From positions 7,647 to 71,646 of the forward strand of contig JAXDDO010000064.1 of NCBI GenBank assembly GCA_034676805.1: a stretch of DNA of 64,000 bases, given 5' to 3'. The DNA is from Anaerolineae bacterium. Its GTDB lineage: Bacteria; Chloroflexota; Anaerolineae; B4-G1; SLSP01. This document shows positions 19,651 through 28,614 of this stretch, piece by piece. The notes under the pieces were generated by a model that saw only the letters and a list, made by a program, of their open reading frames with translations, made no database searches and was not told the DNA's origin. The number at the start of each line of letters is the position of its first letter. The first letter of the stretch is position 1. A program made the position numbers and the translations under genes.

Positions 19651-21431
19651 CCTGATGCTCCTTGCGGGGTCCAGTCATCGAACAAGGCATTCCCACCCGT
19701 CATCGCTCGGCTTTCCCACTGTGTCTCCAGCGCAAGGATGCGTCGCAGAACCGCCACCGTTGTCGCGTAGGTGGGATCCATACCGTAATAGGAGAGGTTG
19801 TGCGTTCCCAGGTTGCGCCCCTTACTGATGGGCGTATCCGAAGCGTAGTGGAGCATCCCGATCTCAAAGGGCGCCGGGTAAAGATTCACCAATTCGTCTG
19901 TGGGGTAGCGGCGTGGGCGGATGAACTCATACAGGGCAGATAGATAAGGACCCGCCTCCATCTCCACAACCGTGTATCCCAGGCGCAGGAAAGACTCCAT
20001 GTACCTGCGGTTCTGGAGGAAGGTTCCGTGCACCGCGATCGTCCGCTGGTTGTCCAGGACGTCGCCGTAGACCAGGTACGGCGCCACGTGTTGGGCGGTG
20101 AAGACGTTGTTGAACAGATAGGTGTTGCTCGAATACTCGTCATACACAACGTTGGGGATCATGACGTCGCCGATCCGCGCATTGAGGGTGGCCGCTTTGC
20201 CGATCACGTAGGCGCCACGCAGCTCCTCCACATTGACCGCGATGCGCGACAGAAGATGATAAGCCGCGAACCCCAGCGGATAGTCGATGTTGAGGATGAC
20301 GGCACGGGTGTCCTTCAAGCGATCAATGGGCAGGTCATCGAGTAGCCGGGGATCAAGATGCGCACGATCGAGTTTTGCTAGCTCGATCAGCTGCACTTCC
20401 AGGTCGAAGGTATGCTGGCTTGGGATCCGTGTAACACCCAGCTCGGCCTCATGAGCGTCACGTGCTTTGAGCAACTGACGGCCCTGAGGCGCCTGGAGGT
20501 ACTTCTTCAGGACGTAGTAGAGGAAATTCGACCAGTTGCTGGGAACCTGCCTCTGACGAATACGTTCGGCCTCCTCCCACAGTTCAGGGTCCGCTTCAGA
20601 CGCCACATAGGCCAGCAGCTCCTCCTCGTGGTTCTGCGCGAAACTGGTCACCATGTTCACCAGGCTGTGTGTGTTGCTGGAGACGAAGTAGATCGGACGC
20701 TCCGACAGGTCGAACGGAGCGCGTTGGTTGACCCGGTCCCACCATTTCTGAGTCGCCCGGAGATATTCAACGTGTGATCCCGCAACGAGCGTGACCGACA
20801 TACGTTTGCGCTCTGCGGCAATGTGGGCAAGGAGGTCCGATAAATCATCTCCCCAGATTGTCTTCAGCCGCTCCCAGTCATCCTCGGAGAGACGCAGCAC
20901 CTCACGGGCCTGACCGCAGGCCTCCTCCACCCCTGCACCTGTTTTCGCGCAGGCCACGAGCTGTTCGGTCAACTCCGATTCCATCCCGATCAACTGGTGC
21001 ATCTTATTCCACTCGATCTGGAAAGCCGTCAGCATCGGCACGAGGTCATCGATGTCGGAAATACTGGCGATGTAGGTCGCCAGCGTCCCTTTGCCATCGT
21101 AGAACATACGTCGTCTGCGTGCAGGACCGCTCACGGGCATCCAGGTTTCGATGTCGGGATAGCCATGGCGGTGAAAGACCCCTTCGCTCTGACCCAAGAT
21201 GACCTGGCGCACATCGAGGATGCACCGGGGCAAGCGCAGGCTTGTGTAGACGAAGGCCGACATATCAGGTTCCAGCACTCCGGCGTTGGGGTGCAGGGCT
21301 GGGTCCATCGCGATGTGCGTCTCCTCCAGCGTCCGGATCTGGACTGCATCCGTGGTCCGCAGCAGCGAGTAGTACGTCCGCATATACAGGGTGATCCGGT
21401 CGGCTTCCCGCTTGGGAACGGTACGTCTCAT
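19647..21431 (-). CDS. Uncharacterised protein: novel N-terminal ~370 aa plus a C-terminal nucleoside-phosphorylase (PNP_UDP_1)-like domain
   Basis: 594 aa. Motifs ILNIDYPLGFAAYH, YVIGKAATLNARIGDVMIP and VVEMEAGP follow the order and spacing of phosphorylase/AMP-nucleosidase catalytic domains. ATGA overlaps at both ends with the XDH subunit genes. Confidence 0.7.
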   Translation of the reverse strand: MRRTVPKREADRITLYMRTYYSLLRTTDAVQIRTLEETHIAMDPALHPNAGVLEPDMSAFVYTSLRLPRCILDVRQVILGQSEGVFHRHGYPDIETWMPVSGPARRRRMFYDGKGTLATYIASISDIDDLVPMLTAFQIEWNKMHQLIGMESELTEQLVACAKTGAGVEEACGQAREVLRLSEDDWERLKTIWGDDLSDLLAHIAAERKRMSVTLVAGSHVEYLRATQKWWDRVNQRAPFDLSERPIYFVSSNTHSLVNMVTSFAQNHEEELLAYVASEADPELWEEAERIRQRQVPSNWSNFLYYVLKKYLQAPQGRQLLKARDAHEAELGVTRIPSQHTFDLEVQLIELAKLDRAHLDPRLLDDLPIDRLKDTRAVILNIDYPLGFAAYHLLSRIAVNVEELRGAYVIGKAATLNARIGDVMIPNVVYDEYSSNTYLFNNVFTAQHVAPYLVYGDVLDNQRTIAVHGTFLQNRRYMESFLRLGYTVVEMEAGPYLSALYEFIRPRRYPTDELVNLYPAPFEIGMLHYASDTPISKGRNLGTHNLSYYGMDPTYATTVAVLRRILALETQWESRAMTGGNALFDDWTPQGASG

Positions 21432-22855
21432 CGCTTGACGGCCCTCTCCACAGCCGAGATGATCTTATAGTAGCCGGTGCAGCGGCATAGGTTGCCGCTA
21501 AGAGCCGTCTTGATCTGCGCCCGATCGGGGATGGGGAACTCCTCCAACAGCTTGGCGGCGCTCATCACGAAGCCGGGCGTGCAATAACCACACTGGACCG
21601 CGTCCTCATCGATGAATGCTTGCTGCACCGGGTGCAGCAAGCCATCGACCGAGAGTCCTTCGATGGTCCTGATGCGCGCGCCGTGAGCGCGGGGCGCCGG
21701 CGTCAGGCAGCCGAGCGTCGCGATGCCGTCCAGCCATACCGTGCACGCGCCGCACTCCCCCTCTTCGCAGCCCGCCTTCGAACCGACCAGGCCCAGGTCC
21801 TCACGCAACATGCGCAGCAGAGTCTTGCCGTTCGCGCCCTCGACCGTCACATTCTCGCCGTTAATGACGGTCTGAATGGGCTCGTCGCCGTCCGTGTGGT
21901 GAGCGATCGTCGGGCCACTCAAGCGTGGCCAGCGCTTGGTCCTGCCCCACAACTTGACCATCGCTTCGGGTTTGGGGAGCCCGAGGCGGAGGTCGCCGCC
22001 GCGAAGCACCTCCAGCGCCCGGCGCACCAGCGCCCGGACCTCTTCCTGGCGAAACCAGGCGGAACCGCGAACATCATCGATCGGGCGGGCAGCACCTGCA
22101 GCCTGTTCGGCGGCTTCTGCGATGCGATCATCGGTCAGAGCGCCACCGATCAGGGCCGCCTCGGCTTCCGGCGCGCGGATAATCGTGGGCGCGACGCTCC
22201 CGAGCGCAATCCGCGCCCCGGTCACCACGCCGTTTTCACCGCGGGCAATGACAACGGTCACATTGGTCACCGCGATCGCCAAGACCTGGCGCAGGCCAAT
22301 CTTGAGGTAGACACCAGCCTCCAGTCCGCCGAGCGGTCTGAAAGCGATATCCACCACCATCTCATCCGGCGCCAGCACGGTCCGCCGGACCCCCTCGTAG
22401 AACTCGGCAATAGGAACAGTGCGGCTCCCGCGGACGCTGCGGAGCGTGAGCCGCGCATCGAGGGCGCGCAGGGCCGTGATGGTGTCATTGGCAGGGGAGG
22501 CCGTGACGATATTGCCCGCCACCGTGCCCCGATTGCGCAACGCGGGCGCCCCCACCCACCAGCACGCCTGCGCCAACGGCAGGCCCCTTTCCTGCACAAG
22601 GGTCGACGCAGCAACCTGCGCGTGCGATGCCATAGGACCGATGTGGATCAGCCCATCATCGCCCTGCCGGATTGTGTCCAATCCGCCGACCCGCGTGATG
22701 TCGATCAGTGCCTCCGGGGCCCGCGCGCCATTCTGGATCTCGACAATGAGATCGGTGCCGCCGGCCATGATGCGTGCCTTCGCGCCGTGCTTCGCCAGCA
22801 GTTCAATGGCATCTTCGGCAGACGTCGCAGTGTAATAGGTGTCCCAGAGCTTCAT
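21428..22855 (-). CDS. XDH-family fused FAD-binding (CoxM/XdhB-like) and [2Fe-2S] (CoxS/XdhC-like) subunit
   Basis: N-terminal IMAGGTDL FAD domain. C-terminal CEEGECGACTV, CGYCTPGF and LCRCTGY cluster ligands. Start at 22855 (MKLWDTYY) with an AGGAG RBS. Confidence 0.9.
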   Translation of the reverse strand: MKLWDTYYTATSAEDAIELLAKHGAKARIMAGGTDLIVEIQNGARAPEALIDITRVGGLDTIRQGDDGLIHIGPMASHAQVAASTLVQERGLPLAQACWWVGAPALRNRGTVAGNIVTASPANDTITALRALDARLTLRSVRGSRTVPIAEFYEGVRRTVLAPDEMVVDIAFRPLGGLEAGVYLKIGLRQVLAIAVTNVTVVIARGENGVVTGARIALGSVAPTIIRAPEAEAALIGGALTDDRIAEAAEQAAGAARPIDDVRGSAWFRQEEVRALVRRALEVLRGGDLRLGLPKPEAMVKLWGRTKRWPRLSGPTIAHHTDGDEPIQTVINGENVTVEGANGKTLLRMLREDLGLVGSKAGCEEGECGACTVWLDGIATLGCLTPAPRAHGARIRTIEGLSVDGLLHPVQQAFIDEDAVQCGYCTPGFVMSAAKLLEEFPIPDRAQIKTALSGNLCRCTGYYKIISAVERAVKR

Positions 22856-22933
22856 ATGTGTCTCCTTGACCAGGTCAATTGGCGGTCGAACACAGACTGT
22901 GTCCAACCGGCCTCGTTGACCCGACATCGACGC

Positions 22934-23869
22934 TCATCCCTTGCGTTTCACCTCACGCACAGTGTATAGGGGCCGTTGGCGCACTTCGGTATAGATGCGA
23001 CCGATGTACTCCCCAACAATGCCGACGATCACCATCTGTAGGCCCCCAACAAAGAGGACCAGGGATGCCGTGAGCCCCTGACCTGCCAGAGGAGCACGTC
23101 CGCCAAGGCGCACGATCAACAGGATCAGCGCCATCAGGAACCCGGCTCCCATCGAGACGAAGCCCGCCCAGAATGCGAGCTTCAGAGGTACATCAGAGAA
23201 GCCGGTGATCGCGTCGATGGCCAGGCGCACCATCCTGCGCAGAGTGTATTTGGTTGCACCGGCCTTGCGCGCGAAGCGACGATAGGGCACTCCCGTCTGT
23301 CGAAACCCCACCCACGACGTCATCGCTCGCACAAAGCGGTGATGTTCGCGCATTGACTTGAGGTAGGCAAGTGCCTTACGATCTAGCAGGCGGAAGTCGC
23401 CCGCTTCCATCGGTATTGTCACGCTCGTCAAGCTCTGGATCAGGCGATAGAAGAGATTCGCCGTGAACAACTTGAACCAAGTCTCTCCCTCACGTTCCGA
23501 TCGCACCGCGTAGACAACCTCATAGCCCTCCTGCCACTTCCTGACCAGATCCAAGATCACTTCCGGCGGGTCCTGAAGGTCCGAGTCGATCGTGACGACC
23601 GCCTCACCACGTGCGTAGTCCATCCCGGCGGTGATGGCGAGCTGGTGGCCGAAATTGCGGGCGAAGTGGACGACCACCACATGATCAGGGTCCTCGGCCT
23701 GGATCGCATCGAGGATCTCGGGGGTTTGATCGCGGCTACCATCGTTCACCAGGATCAACTCCCAAGGCTCTCCGAACTGCTCCATCGCAGCGTGAACGCG
23801 CTGATGGAACTCGCGAATGAGCGCTTCCTCATTGTAGACGGGGGCAACAACAGAAATGCGTGGATCCAT
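22934..23869 (-). CDS. Family-2 glycosyltransferase, polyprenyl-phosphate sugar transferase type (GtrB/ArnC/DPM1-like)
   Basis: VAPVYNEE, DSDLQDPP (DxD), two C-terminal TM helices. 311 aa. Confidence 0.9.
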   Translation of the reverse strand: MDPRISVVAPVYNEEALIREFHQRVHAAMEQFGEPWELILVNDGSRDQTPEILDAIQAEDPDHVVVVHFARNFGHQLAITAGMDYARGEAVVTIDSDLQDPPEVILDLVRKWQEGYEVVYAVRSEREGETWFKLFTANLFYRLIQSLTSVTIPMEAGDFRLLDRKALAYLKSMREHHRFVRAMTSWVGFRQTGVPYRRFARKAGATKYTLRRMVRLAIDAITGFSDVPLKLAFWAGFVSMGAGFLMALILLIVRLGGRAPLAGQGLTASLVLFVGGLQMVIVGIVGEYIGRIYTEVRQRPLYTVREVKRKG

Positions 23870-23934
23870 ACTTCACCTCAGGAAGTTAGGTCAGTTGGCA
23901 CCTAGTATACCGCTTACGAAGGTTCTGCAAACAC

Positions 23935-25416
23935 TCAACGCGCTTTCAGCAATCCTGTACGCTCGTTGAACTCGGCGATCAGCGCATCGATAGTCTCGAC
24001 CTGTTGCTGGATCGAGGTCCAATAAGCATCCGAGTACCATTGAGCCTGGATTTCGTCGTAGGTCTTGCCCTGCTGCTCCACCCACGTGTAGTACTTCAGG
24101 TTGTGCACCCGCCGGCGCTCCGGGTAGGTCAGCTCCACCATGTGGTCTGTCGATTCGCCCAATAGATAACGCTCGAAGTCGGCAGCCGCATCCGGCTCCG
24201 TGTAGTCACCGTCTATCTCCTGGAGCTCGTCAAGCCGGCTCTGGTACAGCTCCATCGAGTCGGTCCACACCGTCAGGATGACGTCACGTGACGTCAACTC
24301 AAACCATTTGGCGAACTTCACGGCTGCTAGAACATTGGCCACGCTCGAGATTCCCATCAGATCCAGTTGCTCGACGAAGTTCGGCGGCACACCACGCCCT
24401 ACCAGATAGGACCGGCCCACCGGCTCATTGAAGAGGCGGATAAGGTCGATCGTTGCCTGGTCGTCAATGGCCGCGATCAGGTCAGTGTTGCGCACATTAT
24501 GGATCCAGGGGACGTGCTTATCGCCGATACCTTCGATGCGATGCGCGCCAAAGCCGTTCTGCAAGAGCGTCGGACATTGCAGCGCTTCGCTCGCAACAGT
24601 CTTGCTCTCTGGATAGCGCTGCTTCAGGAAATCCCCGCAGGCGATCGTCCCACCCGAGCCGGTGTTCGAGACGACGCCCGCGAAGCGGTCGCCCGTGCGC
24701 ATCTCGCGGTCGAGGACGTCTTCCATCGCGTGCCCGGTCACCTCATAGTGCCACAGATAATTCCCGAACTCGTCGAACTGGTTGAAGATAGCGACGGCGT
24801 TGCCACGGGTGCGCTTGAGTTCATGACACTTGTCGAAGATCTCTTTGACGTTGGACTCGGAGCCGGGAGTTGCGATCACCTCACCCGAGACGCGCGCGAG
24901 CCACTCGAATCGCTCACGGCTCATGCCCTCAGGTAGAATCGCGATCGAGTCACACGCCAGCAAGGTCGAATCATACGCCCCACCGCGGCAATAGTTGCCC
25001 GTTGAGGGCCAGACTGCCTTCTGCCAGGTAGGGTCGAATTGCCCGGTCACCAATCGCGGGACAAGGCACCCAAAGGCCGCCCCAACTTTGTGGGCACCGG
25101 TCGGGAACCACTTCCCTACCAGCGCCAGGATCCGCGCCTCAACCCCGGTGAACTCGTGCGGCAACTCGATGTAGTTAACACCGCCAAACCCACCGCCGTG
25201 TGGCAGGGGTGCGTTCTTCCAGGTGATGCGGAAGAGATTGCGCGGCGTGATATCCCAGAGGCCGATTTGCCCCAACTCGGCCTTGATGTCGTCAGGAATC
25301 AGTTCGGGATCCTTCTGCTGCGCTATGGTCGGGATGATGATGTCGCGCTCGCGCGCCCGCTCGACAGCGTGCTCGAGACCCTGCGGGTCGATTGTAAGGT
25401 CGATCATACTCATCAC
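23935..25416 (-). CDS. Fold-type-II PLP-dependent enzyme (cysteine-synthase-like core) with long N- and C-terminal extensions
   Basis: 493 aa. Candidate Schiff-base Lys in WFPTGAHKVGAAFG. Gly-rich phosphate loop SNTGSGGT. Confidence 0.7.
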   Translation of the reverse strand: MMSMIDLTIDPQGLEHAVERARERDIIIPTIAQQKDPELIPDDIKAELGQIGLWDITPRNLFRITWKNAPLPHGGGFGGVNYIELPHEFTGVEARILALVGKWFPTGAHKVGAAFGCLVPRLVTGQFDPTWQKAVWPSTGNYCRGGAYDSTLLACDSIAILPEGMSRERFEWLARVSGEVIATPGSESNVKEIFDKCHELKRTRGNAVAIFNQFDEFGNYLWHYEVTGHAMEDVLDREMRTGDRFAGVVSNTGSGGTIACGDFLKQRYPESKTVASEALQCPTLLQNGFGAHRIEGIGDKHVPWIHNVRNTDLIAAIDDQATIDLIRLFNEPVGRSYLVGRGVPPNFVEQLDLMGISSVANVLAAVKFAKWFELTSRDVILTVWTDSMELYQSRLDELQEIDGDYTEPDAAADFERYLLGESTDHMVELTYPERRRVHNLKYYTWVEQQGKTYDEIQAQWYSDAYWTSIQQQVETIDALIAEFNERTGLLKAR

Positions 25417-25439
25417 CTTTCTCTGCCCGGGTCGGTACC

Positions 25440-27308
25440 CTAGGCGGATTTCAGCGGTTCTTCCGGGGCCGCCATATAACCTGCCTCAATAAAGGCGATC
25501 AGCCCAAGCAAGCCACCCCAGTGGTAGAAGTGGTCGCTGTTGGGTTTGTCACAACCCTCGCCCGTGTCGGCGTTGTAGTTCTCGTGGACATGGCCAAGCG
25601 CCAGCCACTCCTTTAGCAGCAGCGCACGTGACCGCTCGGCCAGGTCGGCGCGCGCGTCGGGAAGGGCATAGTTGCGCAGCCCCAAATAAACGAGGAAGTT
25701 CATCGGCGCCCAGATCCGGCCACGCCAATAGGCCTGTTCGGGATAGGCAGGATCGTTGCGAGCGATCGAGGGCAACACCCACTGCCCCCAGAACTCCTCG
25801 GGATTGTAGAAGTGTTCGTCGATCATGCGTTCAGCCTGCTCCTGAGTGGCTGCCCGCCCCAGAAGCGCATAGAAGTTCGTCGGTGCGAGCCGCGGGCTGA
25901 ACTCCCCGGTGTCAGTTCGCCGGTTGAGGAAAATGCCCCGAGCCTCGTCCCACAGCGTCCGTAATGCCGGGCGAAAGCGCGCCGCCCGCGCTCGCAGCTC
26001 TTCGGCGGCTTCATCCTGCCCCAGCGCATCGGCGATTTCGGCAAGCGCCTCGCAGTCCATGATGTACATCCCATTGAGCCCTACGTCTGCCAGTTGCATC
26101 AGATTGGTCGCGGAGTCGAAAGGAACGTCATCATACATCGGCGAGTTGTCCAAGCCCGACTCGAGGGCGGCCCCAAACCGCTCGTGCACGCCGTGAACCT
26201 CCCAGTAAGCGCCTGCCAGCGGCTCGTAGGGGTTCGAACCCCAACAGAGCAAACCATCAGTCATCCGATGGATCTCCCACCAGCGGTTCCACTCCAACAG
26301 ATCCTCGAACACCTCCTCGAGAAGCCAGCGATCCCCGAACTTGCGATAGAGCTCGCGTATCACAAGCGAGCCGACCGGCGGCTGCGATCGATCGCGGCTT
26401 TTCAGCCCGGCCACGGTGCCAAAGTTGGGAACGAAGCCCCGCTCCGTTTTCTCACGCGTGATCTCGACCGCATTGGCGTAGGCAAGATCGCGGTTGTCCA
26501 GGGCAGCCAGATAAGCGGCAAAGTAGGTGTCCCAGTCGAAGAGCACGAACCCGCCCCAGTCAACGTTCCAGATCCGGCTCACCGGAGATACCACTCGCTC
26601 ACCTTCAGGCTCGTAGACAGTGTCCCACGCTATGCACGTCTGGACAGCAGCATAGACATCGGCCAGATCGCCGTACGATGCAATGTGCGCAACGTGCTGC
26701 GCGCGCTGTTGTGCCACGATCGCCTGAATCTCCGCAATGGAGCGCAACCGCCCGGTCGAGAGCCCAACCGGCCCATCAAGAGCGAACGCCAAGTAGGGCG
26801 TCTGGGTAGCGACATAGGGGTCGTGAACGTGGGAATGCGTGCCATATACGACCACTGTCCTTTCGGGCAAGTGACCGATCAAGGTCTCGTTGCTCCGGAC
26901 GACGCATCCGGGTCGGTTCCAGAGCAAGCCGGCCTCTGCCACCAGCAGCGGCGGGCGCCGGTGTACGGTCTTGGGCGTGACCAGCAGAACCAGATCCTCT
27001 GCCTCGAGCCCGCTGGCACCAACGCGTGTGACAGTGGCGCTCTGCACCACAACCTCGACACCTTGCCATCTCAAGGTGAGCTCCGTATAGCTCCCGTCAT
27101 ACGTGCGCGGCCCCGGATGGATCTTTTCGTCCTGCTCGCCGCGCCGGCCAATCAGAGCTTCTTTGAGGTAGCTTCTGGAGCTGTACTCCTTGAGGCCCAG
27201 ACTTAGGGCAAAGCCCTCAGGCAGAAGGACGTGTGACAGTACGCTGCGGGTGTTCCAGGTGTTCCATCCCCGCCCCAACCGCCGCTGTAATTCACCATAA
27301 GGCGTCAT
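25440..27308 (-). CDS. (alpha/alpha)6-barrel glycoside hydrolase, GH63-like/trehalase-like (MGH/YgjK type)
   Basis: 622 aa. DWDTYF, ESGLDNSPMYD, YWRGRIWAPMNF and HENYNADTGEG resemble GH63/GH37-clan signatures. Confidence 0.8.
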   Translation of the reverse strand: MTPYGELQRRLGRGWNTWNTRSVLSHVLLPEGFALSLGLKEYSSRSYLKEALIGRRGEQDEKIHPGPRTYDGSYTELTLRWQGVEVVVQSATVTRVGASGLEAEDLVLLVTPKTVHRRPPLLVAEAGLLWNRPGCVVRSNETLIGHLPERTVVVYGTHSHVHDPYVATQTPYLAFALDGPVGLSTGRLRSIAEIQAIVAQQRAQHVAHIASYGDLADVYAAVQTCIAWDTVYEPEGERVVSPVSRIWNVDWGGFVLFDWDTYFAAYLAALDNRDLAYANAVEITREKTERGFVPNFGTVAGLKSRDRSQPPVGSLVIRELYRKFGDRWLLEEVFEDLLEWNRWWEIHRMTDGLLCWGSNPYEPLAGAYWEVHGVHERFGAALESGLDNSPMYDDVPFDSATNLMQLADVGLNGMYIMDCEALAEIADALGQDEAAEELRARAARFRPALRTLWDEARGIFLNRRTDTGEFSPRLAPTNFYALLGRAATQEQAERMIDEHFYNPEEFWGQWVLPSIARNDPAYPEQAYWRGRIWAPMNFLVYLGLRNYALPDARADLAERSRALLLKEWLALGHVHENYNADTGEGCDKPNSDHFYHWGGLLGLIAFIEAGYMAAPEEPLKSA

Positions 27309-27329
27309 GCCGCTCTCCTCGTCGTTATT

Positions 27330-28598
27330 TCAGCCATCGACTGGCCTCGGTGCCTCCAGTGCCTCGCACGCCGCTTCCAACTCGGGCGGCACCACCGCTG
27401 GGCGCGATACGGTTTTCATTGCGCTGGCGACATCCTTGAGCCCGGAGCCGGTGAGCAGCAGGACCGTACGAGCGCCCGGCGGCACCAGGCCCTCATCAAC
27501 CGCCTTGACCAGCCCGGCGTAAGCCGCCGCCGCTGCCGGCTCGCAGAAGATCCCGGTCCTCCGGGCAACTACGGGAATCGCAGCCAGGATGTCGGCGTCA
27601 CTGACCGCCAGGAATGTCCCGCCCGTCTCCCGAACGGCAGCCAGCGCCTTGGCCCGGTCGCGCGGCATACACGCGGCAATGCTATCTGCAACCGTGTGCG
27701 CCTTGATGGGGCGGATGGCCTCCGGCGATAGGCCACGGCGGAACGCATCGACCAGAGCTGCCGAACCCTCCGCCTGCACCCCGATCAGACGCGGCATGCG
27801 GTCGATCCACCCGAGGGCCAGCAAATCCTTGAGCCCCTTGTGAATACCTCCGATGATGCACCCATCACCGACCGGCACGAAGATGAACTCAGGAGGCTGC
27901 CACCCCAGTTGCTCGCATATCTCATAGGCCGCAGTCTTCTTGCCTTCGGTCATGAACGGGTTGTAGGCTGTATTGCGGACATACCAACCGTAGGTCCGAG
28001 CGGCCTCCAACGTCAGATCGAAAGCGTCGTCGTAGGTGCCATCCACCAGCAGTACGCGGGCGCCATAGATCAGGTGTTGAGCGATCTTGGCCAACGGCGC
28101 CGACTGGGGCACGAAGATCACGACCTTCATCCCGACACTGGCAGCCAGGCCGGCCAACGCAGCAGCCGCATTCCCCGTGCTCGCCGTCGTCATGACCTCG
28201 GCGCCGGCCTCCTGCGCCTTCACAACCGCCAGCGCCGAGGCGCGATCCTTGAACGAGCCCGTAGGATTGACGCCGTCGTCCTTGACCCACAGATCGTGAA
28301 GGCCCAGCGGAGCACCCAGGCGTGGGACCGGGTAGAGGGGCGTCCATCCTACGCGCAGCGGAGGCGGCAATGCATCGCGAAGCACAGGCAGGAGCGCCTT
28401 ATACCGCCACATACTAAGTTCGCGGTTGTCACGCAGTTCCGCCTGACTTATGCGCGACCTGATGATGTCATAGTCATAAATGACATCGAGGATGCCCTCA
28501 TTGCCGTGCCGAGGACATACGTAGGCGACCTCGTCGGAAGCAAAGGTCGCCCCACAGAGCATACACCTGAGACCGCGAACATGGTCCATTGTGTGCAT
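27330..28598 (-). CDS. Threonine-synthase-like PLP enzyme with an N-terminal Cys-rich ribbon
   Basis: 422 aa. LRCMLCG...YVCPRHG ribbon, PLP-Lys motif TGSFKDRASA, TASTGNAAAA. Confidence 0.85.
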   Translation of the reverse strand: MHTMDHVRGLRCMLCGATFASDEVAYVCPRHGNEGILDVIYDYDIIRSRISQAELRDNRELSMWRYKALLPVLRDALPPPLRVGWTPLYPVPRLGAPLGLHDLWVKDDGVNPTGSFKDRASALAVVKAQEAGAEVMTTASTGNAAAALAGLAASVGMKVVIFVPQSAPLAKIAQHLIYGARVLLVDGTYDDAFDLTLEAARTYGWYVRNTAYNPFMTEGKKTAAYEICEQLGWQPPEFIFVPVGDGCIIGGIHKGLKDLLALGWIDRMPRLIGVQAEGSAALVDAFRRGLSPEAIRPIKAHTVADSIAACMPRDRAKALAAVRETGGTFLAVSDADILAAIPVVARRTGIFCEPAAAAAYAGLVKAVDEGLVPPGARTVLLLTGSGLKDVASAMKTVSRPAVVPPELEAACEALEAPRPVDG

Positions 28599-28614
28599 CC
28601 GGCTCCCGCTTCGC

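Noticed and set aside
21620-22969. 449-aa ORF on the plus strand. The same kind of ORF occurs at 26094-27206, 42710-44035, 33138-34052, 44607-45476, 50249-51268, 12613-13440, 27840-28664 and 36608-37423.
   Set aside because: All lie antisense to genes with clear family motifs. They are Arg/Pro/Gly/Ala-rich with no domain signatures and lack an RBS. These are typical stop-poor shadow frames of GC-rich DNA.
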